The notes beneath the pieces were generated by a model. It was not told the origin of the DNA, ran no database searches, and saw only the letters and a program-made list of their open reading frames with translations. Below are positions 25,390-35,789 of a stretch of DNA of 64,000 bases, in pieces. The stretch comes from Octopus sinensis (taxonomy: Eukaryota), in NCBI RefSeq assembly GCF_006345805.1, contig NC_043021.1, positions 25,854,001 through 25,918,000 on the forward strand, given 5' to 3'. Both the position numbers and the translations under genes were made by a program. Numbering within the stretch: the first letter of the stretch is position 1; every line of letters starts with the position of its first letter.

Positions 25390-26085
25390 CTGGGTGACAA
25401 TCAGACCCTTGTCTCTGTATGAATCTAAATCTATAAAATCAAATTTTGAATTGTAGGTTGTCCAAAAGAATCAACCTTTTAGCAGTCGATGGGACATTGG
25501 AAGCCTCTCAGCCGTTACACTCTACTCAAAAAGAGTCAGTGTCAGATTGAATTATCCAGCATGCATAACAGCATCTGTGTCCAAAGTAGTGCAGACAGCT
25601 TATTTTCAGCTGAAGTGTAAGGCTTTCATTAAAAGGGTTTCAGTAATAGAAGGGTTGAATTTCAACAATGCCTAATTGTGTGAATTTAGAGTTGTGTTTG
25701 TTATGTAAATTGTGAAACCAGTCTCCAAGCGAAGAACTGATGTTCCAGAGAGGAAGGTCAGTTTCCTTGTACTTTGCTAACTCTCCACGTTCACTTTTAG
25801 AAAGAATTATGAACCAGACTTTAGGTTCAGCTAACGAGTTAGATTTATGATCTTTTAAAGTAATGTAGAAGGGTGTCCAGTAAATAAACAGTTATTTCTA
25901 TCATCTTTTCTTCCTTCTTTGCTTCCTTATTAATAAGACTGTAAGTGTTAGGATTAGCTCTCTAATAAGTCCTTTTTTAATATTACTTGACAGGAGTTGT
26001 TTACACAAGTCCTTCTTATCTTCATAAATGTCTTTCATGCGACTGACTAATTAGAATTACAGAAATGCTTCAAATAATTAATTAA
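25390..26085 (-). mobile_element. Decayed PLE reverse-transcriptase fragment (possibly continues to ~24850 beyond a SINE)
   Basis: INKEAK, YITLKDHKSN..PKV...KSERG, DWF..L.NK..KF.QL.IVE, (FY)PSITE.LL.KAL, YRDKGL (YRDDGL) motifs. Confidence 0.75.
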
Positions 26086-26589
26086 GATGTCTTGGAAGGC
26101 GTTAAAATATTTTCTAAATTTTACTTTCTTCATAATATTTAGGAAGGTGAATTCTTGTACTTTAATTTGCTACAAACATTTTCTTATTCTGAATCCAGCA
26201 AATTCTTCATATCATTGCTATTATGTTCAGCTCACGTATGTCCAAATTTGGTCAAATGTGTTTTTTTCAATATTTAATTTTGCTTGCAATAGCTGGTTCT
26301 TTTGGTCAAACTATCGTATCTCCAGATGAAAATTGTCAAAGTGTAGTACAACAGTTTAGCATTTTCCTAAAGTGAAGTAAGTCCCACAAATGATAGTTTT
26401 GCAAAAATATTTCTGACTGAAAATATCATACATTCATGGAGTTACAATTTTATGCACCCAACAAAATATTATTGTTAAGCTGAAACTGTTGCTAATGTAA
26501 AAAGAAATGCAATGGTGATACTATTTCCTGAAAAACCAACATTTTGGACTTACACTTTGGCGTAATAACAATGATATCACCTTTCTTAA

Positions 26590-29062
26590 AGAATATTTTC
26601 CAAGTTTGAAGATTGCCTCACAAAAATTAAAGAAATCCTCATAAAACTGGAACAGCATGAGAGCGTATTTCTTATGGGTAATTTCAACTTCCCCAATGTC
26701 AAATGGCCTGAAGGCCTCATGCTCTCAGGAATGACTCATTGCAAACAAGCACAGGTGGGTCCCTGCTCAACCTCACCAATGCCCTATTCATGGAGCAAGT
26801 TGTACTCAGACCAACTAGGGTGAATAACATTTTGGATCTCTGCTTCACAAACAATATGGACATCGTTCATGATGTGAAAGTGACGCCGACATTAGTCTCG
26901 GATCACAACATAATAGAGCTGTCTATGTTTGGGCCAAAAGTAACCAGAGACATACAGCCTAAAGGAAGCACCCAAAATCTCTCCAATCTGAACTTCCACA
27001 AAGCAGACTGGAAATCGATCCAAAAAGAGACTGGCTAAAATGTCTCTCCACACCAGACATTGGCATGAAACTAGAATATTTCATGTCTGTTATGCAAACC
27101 ATATGTCAGAAATATGTCCCAGAACACAAGGCCAACACGAAAAGGAACAAGATTCCAAGGGAGAGGAAGATCCTCATGAGATGACAAAGGTTGCAAATCG
27201 CCTCAACCAACATTCCAAAAGTAGCAAAAGGTCCCGCCTAAAAACAACACTGATGGAGATTGAAAAAAGGCTGCAACAATCCTATATGAGAGAGAGAGCA
27301 GACAAAGGAGCCTGGGTTATAAAAAACATTAAATCAAACCCAAAGGCCTTCTTTCATTATGCAAAAGAAACAGCCTCAGTACACTGCAAGATAGGACCCC
27401 TCTTCCAAAAGGATGGTTCCCTCACAGATAGTCCAACCAAGATCAGTGAGGTACTGAATGACCAGTTCAAAAGTGTCTTTACCACCGTGTTGGAACACAG
27501 ACAAGTAAACAAACCAGTGGATTCCGTTGCCGCCTCACCTATAACCAGTGAGGCAGTTTCAATGGAATACATTGACATTAGCGAAGAGGACATACTACTA
27601 GCCATAGACGCAAACTCAAATGCTGGTCTTGATAGTTTCCCAGCAGTCATCTTCAAATCGTGTAAGGCCTATCTCTCTGACTTCACACATCAGCAAAGTC
27701 ATGGAACAGATAGTCAGATGGAAACTAATTGTATTTCTTGAAGAAAATAACTTGCTGAGTGATACCCAGCATGGCTTTCGACCAAGTAGGAGCTGCCTGA
27801 CCCAGTTCTTACAACATTATGACTGGGTGTTGAGGCAGTTATTCAACAACTCAAATGTGGATGTAATATACCTTGATTTTGCAAAAGCTTTTGATAAAGT
27901 GGATCATGGTATGATATGCCACAAACTGCATCATCTCAGCATAGCTGGAAAACCTGGAGAGTGGTTACATGACTTACTGAAAAATAGTGGCCAATATAGA
28001 CACCTCAATGAAAACACAAATAGTGAGTGATGTTCCACAGGGCACAGTCTTGGGACCACTGCTTTTCATAGTGACCCTCTCAGATATGCCTTCAACTGCC
28101 TGGATAGCCACCTTTGCTAGCTACGCAGGTGATACAAAAGTCTCACAGAAAATACAGAACCCCAGCGATGTTGCACAATTTACAGAGGGGCTGAGCATAA
28201 TAATATGCAGTTTAATGCTGAAAAATTCCAATCCCTGCACTACCAGCATACAGAACTGAATATGAAACTTACAGGGTACACTGGTCCACAGGGGATTACA
28301 ATCCCAGAGCCAAAATCACTGAGGGACCTGGGTATCGACATGAGTGATAATACTTCTTTCCAAGTGCACGTTACCAGGATGTCGACAAAGTGCAGACAAC
28401 TGGCTGGATGGATCCTGAGAACATTCAGAACCAGAGAAAAGGAAACCATGATGGTCCTCTGGAGGATATTCGTCCTCAGCCACCTGGATTACTGCTCTCA
28501 GCTATGGTCACCCAACAGTGTAAAATTAACAGTGGACCTTGAAGCAATCCAGTGAAGCTTCACAAAGAAGATTGTCTCATTGTAACAGCTTAGCTACAGG
28601 GAAAGGTTGAAACAGCTAAGACTCTACTCCCTGGAGTGAAGGCAGGAGAGGTATGCAGTAATATATATCTGGAACGAATTGTGCCAAATTTTGGCATTGT
28701 AAGCTACACCAATGCTAGAACGGGACGACACTGCATAGTGCCAAAGATCCCAGCAATGCCATCACGCTTCAGGACCAGCTTCTGCAACAGCCTGGGTTTC
28801 AAGGGCCCACAGCTTTTTAATATTCTCCCAAAGAGCTTGAGGAACCTGTACAAAATGGATGTAGGCATTTTCAAATCAAAACTGGACCTCTTCCCGTCAA
28901 GAGTCCCAGATAAACCTATCTCACAGCAAGAGATGCAAATGAGGGTAGCGACATCAAACTCCAATCTTCACCAAGTGCCAGATATTAGAGGAGGTTCTCA
29001 GTAATAATAGTGTAGCAAAACAGCGGTGCCCCAGCATGACCACAGCTCTGAACTGAAACTAC
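26590..29062 (+). mobile_element. CR1/L2-clade LINE, 5'-truncated and pseudogenised (end of endonuclease + RT)
   Basis: MGNFNFP, NILDLCFTN..SDHN, RPISLTSH, QHGFRPSRSC, YLDFAKAFDKV, VPQGTVLGPLLF, YAGD (decayed YADD); frameshifts and internal deletions. Confidence 0.92.
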
Positions 29063-29144
29063 AAAATATATATATATAGATAGATTACATATCTCTCTCT
29101 CTCTCTTTCTATATATATATACATACATACATACATTGAAGTAA

Positions 29145-29593
29145 CAAGAGTGACAGAGGGTACTGACTAGAACCGCTTTTGCTAAAAATAATAGTTAAAA
29201 CAACTCAAAATCCTCAAAGCACTAACTTAATGACTGACAAAGGGAGGTAAATCCCCAGTCTACATGGATCGTGATTTTGGTTTTTGATGTGGACCATTTC
29301 AATTCTCATCAGTGACTCTTAGCACCTAGGGTTAAACTCAACAATCTCCATCAGTCTTATAAGAAACCGTTGAAAATGTGCTGATTTTCAAAATGGCAAA
29401 AGTGTAAAGAACAAATTAGAAGGGTGGCTTATTAGCAATTAGAACCTAATGGCAAAATTAATTGAGGTCACTTTTGAGTTGTTTTAACCCTTATTTTTAG
29501 CAAAAGCGATGCTGGTCAGTATCCTCTGTCACTTTTGTAACCTCTGTTAATTTTGCCTTTAGATTGTAATTGCTAATAAGCCACCCTTTTAAT
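29145..29593. mobile_element. MITE-like element with two interleaved inverted repeats
   Basis: IR A 29145-29210 / 29472-29537; IR B 29415-29470 / 29538-29593. Confidence 0.65.
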
Positions 29594-29936
29594 CTGTTAT
29601 ATATATATGTATGTATATATGTGGATATATGTCTTGATGTGTATGTGTGTTGTCAAATTTTTACCATGTCCTTTTGCAACATTCATAAAGCATAAATAAT
29701 TTGCGAGAGTTGTGCTGTTATATATAGGTCAGTGATATCTGACTCTGACAGTACCAGGCTACTTGGTATTAGTGTTGTACTGTAAGCACACAACAACTAC
29801 TTAAAGTAAAAGCTTTCTTCTCTTCCCTGTACTTAGTTACTTACAGTAGTTACAAGTCACTACAGGTTGTGAAGAGAAATCCTCCAGTGTAGAAGTAGCC
29901 AACATTCATTTACTGTTACACTGTTCTAGGTGATGG

Positions 29937-29988
<52 letters not shown>

Positions 29989-30555
29989 TATATGCTATCA
30001 TTATCATTTAATGTTCACTTTTTCGTGCTTGCCTGGGTTGGACAGAATTTATTGAGGCAGATTTTCAGTAGCTGAATGCCTTTCCTGTTGCCAACCCTCA
30101 CCTGTTGTTTCTAAGCAAGGTAAGATTTTTCCATGTTTTCACAGAACAGTGGAAATTAATGACTTCCATTTACATAAAACATTGCACAATATCAGGACAA
30201 AGGGACATAAACATATATAGACTCTCACATACACATCATCATCATCACACACACACATACATATATATATATGCCAAAAAGGATTGAAGACCCTTCCCAT
30301 GGCATAATCTCATAAAGCCAGTTTCCCGGACGCTGTGGTGTATCTATTTACCCACCCGGATGGCACACCAATCTCTCATAAGAATGGCCCGTTTTTGCCA
30401 GCTGAGTGGATTGAAGCAGCATAAAAGGAAGAGTTTTGTTCCAGAGCACAATGCATTACCAGGTTCCAAATCAAAATAACAACCTTGTAATCAGGAGTCC
30501 AACACCCTAAACCCTCTGCTACGTACCTCCAAATATATGTTATGTACATTATATA

Positions 30556-30747
30556 TGGCATGGTGCTGAAAAGTTCCTGGCTTTAAGGGTATCGCAAAAG
30601 GCCTGATTGGAGACCCAACCTTCCAAGTTCTTTTATAGGGCATAGAAAAACTGAAGGACCCCTGCAAAAAGCATGTGAATCTGAGAGGGCTAAAATTCTC
30701 TTGTATTTTCTTTTACCCACGGCCAGAAACTTTTCGGCACATGCTTG
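30556..30747. mobile_element. Mariner-type MITE
   Basis: TIRs gtgctgaaaagttcctggc / ggccagaaacttttcggcac; TA flanks; partial inverted second copy at 48386-48530. Confidence 0.7.
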
Positions 30748-31283
30748 TATATTCTATGGTCAGGTGTGAATCTAGCTCATTCACCTGTTACAGTCCTCTA
30801 CCTCAGTATGAGCCAACACTGACATTTCTATGTTGGTTTATTTCTCTGGTTTTATAGGTCAACGTTTGTTATGTGTCATGTTATTTTTTCCTTCTATTTC
30901 ACACAAAACTGATACAAAATTTCATAATTGCAAATGTAACTTGAAAACTTGCACAAACCCTCACCAAATACTCACAAGCACACACACACACATTTACAGT
31001 TAAGTTGCACTATATGTTTGTATATATGTGTGTGCACTCGTGTGTATGCACACTCAGGTTGCACAATATGTGTAAGTACATATGTATGTACTTACGTTGC
31101 ACTATACATTTCCTAAGTAATTAAATAAATTTTGTTAATTATGGAATATGATGTAAATTTTGAATAATATTGATTAATAAATATTTCACTACAATTAATG
31201 TTATAGTTTTTGCTTTGTTCAAGATTAACTCAAGCTGAGCAGACATATGATTGAGTATATTCCAGCCATGACCATCTCATCTG

Positions 31284-31598
31284 CTTTGGGCAGGGGGTGG
31301 GGTTGTTTTCAGAGGGGTTGGGGTGAGGAATTTCAGAAATTTCACTGGAGTCCACTTCAATTCGTCTTAACTTTCAAGAAAATGGATATTTTTTAATGAA
31401 ATTCTCTACAACTATATCTCGGACTATGTAGATTCCGAGGACGTAGGAATGTTGGGGCTATTTTTGAGAACTGTTCCCTTCGCAGGGGTTTCTGAACAAG
31501 TCCAAATTTGTTTCATTTTTTTTTTCTCCATTTTCTTCGTTTGTGCATCCATAGATTTCTACCACACACACACACACACAATTACCTACTTTAGAGAC
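31284..31598. repeat. Inverted partial copy of 34398-34717
   Basis: Direct reverse-complement alignment over ~315 bp. Confidence 0.85.
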
Positions 31599-32717
31599 TA
31601 TTGTATCTAGAACTAGATTATCCGCTGTGACTTCAGAAAGATTTCACTGCTATTTTTAACAGTGTGATTGTCCAGGTTCTTGAATGACACAGAAGGTAAC
31701 AGAACTCACCGACACACATGCATGTATGTATATCTAAATACACATCATCGTTGTCGTCATTTAAAGTCCTTTTTTTCCATGCAGGCATGGGTTAGATGGT
31801 TCAACAGGATCCAACAAGCCAGAGAACTGCATCGTGCTCCAAAGTCTGCTTTGACAGGATTGCCAAAGCTGGATGCCCTTCCTAACCCCAGCCACTTTAC
31901 AATGTGTACTGGGTGTTTTTCCTATGAAACCTGAAACTCAATAGATATTTCACATCTAACCAGGAAATATTCTTCCTCACACAGAGCCTGAGTAAATATT
32001 CTTCTTCTTCATACGAACAGTATCGGATCAATATATTTGTGGTTTGTTTTTTAAATATGGTTCACAAATGGTTATAATCTGAAATTTTGATTAGAATTCA
32101 GCTGAAGTTCAGTATTTTATGAATCTTAGTGCCACAAATTTGTCACCAAAATCTGATAAGAAAAACAGAAAGGTAATTCAGATTTTTTGCCAGGTGTTAT
32201 TTAATAAAATTGCACTCCACAACCATTTCTGTTTATTGAGAGTCATTTGGGTATATAGCTGGTTTGGTATCACCAATTTAACATTGTCACTGATTTGGTA
32301 CCAAACCCATTTGCTATTGGATGCTTTGGCTCCTTTAAAATTTACTTTTATTCAACATATTCTGTGTGTTTCTTTATCTGTGGGTGAATAGTTGAATTTA
32401 TTTTAATTCATTCATATCAATAGAAAATTTGTCTCAATGAATTCCATCTGACCCATGCTGGCATGGAAAAGTGGATGTTAAAACACTGATGACAATGATA
32501 ACAACTGCGTTAAAAAAATGTTGATGAGGATGATGATGATTAATGTTTCTCTCTCTCTCTTTATATGTTTTCATGTGTGTATGTTTGTGTCTTCCTTGGT
32601 TACCAATGTGTCTAACAGGAAAAAAAGTTCATCCCCAAAACAGGTTTGCCAAACAACCAGCACCTCAACAAACCCAAACAGTTGCACTGAACCATTCCAT
32701 TCTTGTTCCTCTCATGC

Positions 32718-33735
32718 ATCATCATCATCATCATCATCATCATCTCATTCTCTTCATTGCACGTGGTCGGCCTTCTCGGCTGCCCTCAGAGTCCTCACGC
32801 AGTTGCTCCATGTAAGGTTCAATGTAATCTGCCCAACATTTGCGTACTCATGCTTCGGTTTCCAGAGAAGAACATCACTGATGATCTCATCCTTTGCTCT
32901 CCACTAATGTTCTTCTTTCTCTAATTTGCATGTGATGTTGCAGGTAAATTACTATTGAAAAGTTCTTTCATAAGGTGTTGTCTCCAGGAACTGTCCAGAG
33001 CAGCTTCAAGCATTCTTGTGTAAGTCCTGTCAATTTTATTTCAAGACATTCACATTGCACACCCACAGAACAGAACTGACTGCACAACCACCTGAAAGAG
33101 ATTACATTTCAAATTTAATGAAAGCTTATCAATCCAGATCCATCGATGATTTTATTTAAAAGCTGCCCAGGCTTTGCTAATCCGTACATGGACATCACTT
33201 GCAGATGGATCTTCTTTTGTAAATTTACTTCCAAGCTATGGGAATTCATCAACACTTTACAAGGATTTTTCAAGTGTGGAGTTAATGTTGCCACTCTGGT
33301 TGTACATCATATATTCTGTCCGAGTTGACGTAGAGACCAACACCTTTAGCAGCAAGAGAGACCCTGCATCACAAACTGCATCTGCTAGTAGCACCGAGTC
33401 ATCAGCATAGTCAGCATCGGTGGTGGTCACTGTTGGAAAACGTCTGCTTTTGGCTGGTTGAAGAGTGAATCCTTTGTTCTTCATCTCATCTACAGGTAGG
33501 GTGCCAAGGTGTCAACCTGAAGAACAAACTAGAGAAAAGTCTTGAGGAAAACCAGAATGGCTATTGAAGAAATAGATCAACAATACAGTCCAAAGAGTTA
33601 TTGAAAGGAACCTGAAGGAAATGCTGCCATTCGTTGACTTTTCTAGGGCCTTTGACTCAATTCACAGAGGGTAATTGCAAGAAGTATTTCTTGCAAACAG
33701 TATCCCAAAGGAAACTGTCAACGCCATCTTCTTAT
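32718..33735. mobile_element. RTE-like LINE fragment with an inverted 5' piece
   Basis: Minus 32718-33490: GFTLQPAKSRR, TDADYADD, TYTRML, DVLLWKP, (TGA)n tail. Plus 33500-33735: EENQNG, FVDFSRAFDSIHR, IPKETVNAI. Confidence 0.75.
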
Positions 33736-34164
33736 GCAAGACATTAGAATTGAATATAATTACTAGAATTTGAGGTGAGAACTAGGCATAACCCCCACCA
33801 CTCCCAACTGATTTAGTCCTCACCCCATCACCACCAGGGACATGAATGCCTTTAGCTAAGCCTCATTCGTTCAGTAAACAAACATACAAAGCATATCTTG
33901 TAATGTCCCTTCTAGTTTTGCCACAAGACCAGCAGTTTGGAGGGGGCGTGGGGGGAATGCAAGCTGATTACATCCCCCCCACACACACACACACTGCTGC
34001 TTTATTTTATCAACTCCAGAAGGATGAAAGGCAAAGTCGGTCTTGGTTTGAACTTGATAACATTAAACATCTAGAGCTGTGATTCCCAACGTGACTTTTT
34101 GTACACAATAAGAGAAAGGGGACAATTCGAGAATGAGTTATTGAACAAAGAAATTCTTTACATC

Positions 34165-34799
34165 CCCCCCTGCTGTGGACAATTTTTATTAAAAATTTTT
34201 GACACTTTAGCGACAACATAAACAGGTCAGTCCCTCATAAGGCTAAGTAATTATGCGTGTAGCAGAGATCTATGGATGCACAAACTGGAAAAAAATGAAA
34301 CAAATATGGACGATTTGTTGGACAATTTTATCAAACTTTTGACACTTTAGAGACAACACAGGTCATTTTCACAGCTGTAGTCATCACAACATCCGATGTC
34401 TCTAAAGTAGGTAATCGTGTGTGTGTGTGTGTGTGTGTGTGGTAGAAATCTATGGATGCACAAACAAACAAAATGGAGAAAAAAAAATGAAACAAATATG
34501 GACTTGTTCAGAAACCCCTGCGAAGGGAACAGTTCTCAAAAATAGCCCCAACATTCCTACGTCCTCGGAATCTACATAGTCCGAGATATAGTTGTAGAGA
34601 ATTTCATTAAAAAATATCCATTTTCTTGAAAGTTAAGACGAATTGAAGTGGACTCCAGTGAAATTTCTGAAATTCCCCACCCCAACCCCTCCGAAAACAC
34701 CCCCCCCCCGCCCAAAGATTTTGTATATTCGGAATCTACATGATATAACACATATTCGTAGAAAATTTCATTAAAAAATATCCATTTTACTGAAAGTTA
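34165..34799. repeat. Interspersed repeat with internal duplications; 34398-34717 also present inverted at 31284-31598
   Basis: Direct repeats ggacaatttt...gacactttag and atctatggatgcacaaac...aaatatggac; near-identical inverted partial copy. Confidence 0.7.
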
Positions 34800-35208
34800 G
34801 GATCCTTTCGGTTTGAACGGCAGTTTTTTCTAGCGATGTCATATGAAATTGTCACCCATAATTATGACCCTAGTATCGATCTATTGCATTTCAATCTGTT
34901 TTAGGGTTAGGGTTAGGGGTGGGGGGAAGGGTATCTTTTTTTCTTCACAAATGTAAATAAACCCAATGTGTTTCTTAAACGAGGGACATTTTCATACGGC
35001 ACAGAATGTCTTCACCTCAATAGACGTTATTGATTGGTTGAAATTGAAGAAAAAAAAAACAACAAATATCTTACAAACTATAGAATTTTCTCAATAAAGC
35101 CAAGAGAAAAAGATGTTTTATAAACACATTCTACCAGTATACGAAGTTTAAAATTTTTTAGTTACCTAGAAATTATGTTAAAAACTGCTGTTCAAACCGA
35201 AAAGATCC
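34800..35208 (+). mobile_element. TIR element (MITE) with internal TTAGGG-like run, copy 1
   Basis: ~29-bp TIRs ggatcctttcggtttgaacggcagttttt / aaaaactgctgttcaaaccgaaaagatcc. Confidence 0.8.
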
Positions 35209-35271
35209 AAAATTGTAAACATTAACCAAGTTTTGAATAACAAAAATTAAATATCACAAGGGGACATCATG

Positions 35272-35666
35272 GGGATCTTTTCGGTTTGACCGACAGTTTT
35301 TTAAAATAATTTCCACGTAACTAAACACTTTTAAACTTTGTATACTGGTAGAATGTTGTTTATAAAACATCTCTTTCTCTTGGCTTTATTGAGAAAATTG
35401 TATAGTTTGTAAGATATTTGTTGTTTTTTTTTTCAATTTCTGCAATTTCAACCAATCAATGACGTCTATTGAGGTGAAAACATTCTGTGCCATATGAATA
35501 TGTCCCTCGTTTAAGATTCTGAAGAAGAAAAAAAGATACCCTTCCCCCCCACCCCTAACCCTAAAACAGATTGAAACGCAATAGATCGATTCTAGGGTCA
35601 TAATTATGGGTGACAATTTCATATAACACCGCTAGAAAAAACTGCTGGTCAAACCAAAAAGATCCC
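35272..35666 (-). mobile_element. Same MITE family, copy 2, inverted relative to copy 1
   Basis: Same TIRs and body in reverse complement; apparent 6-bp TSD ATCATG. Confidence 0.8.
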
Positions 35667-35789
35667 ATCATGGTTCCCAACCGATTTTTGGCCATCGGTT
35701 GGCAACCACTGATCTCGAAGAAATGCCGCTAAGCCTGTTGTCCAGCTGACACTGACCATTCTGCCTTTATGCTAGTCTGCCACACTGTC

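Noticed and set aside
34900-34920. ttagggttagggttagggg telomere-like run
   Set aside because: Only 2-3 units, internal to a dispersed MITE; not an interstitial telomere.
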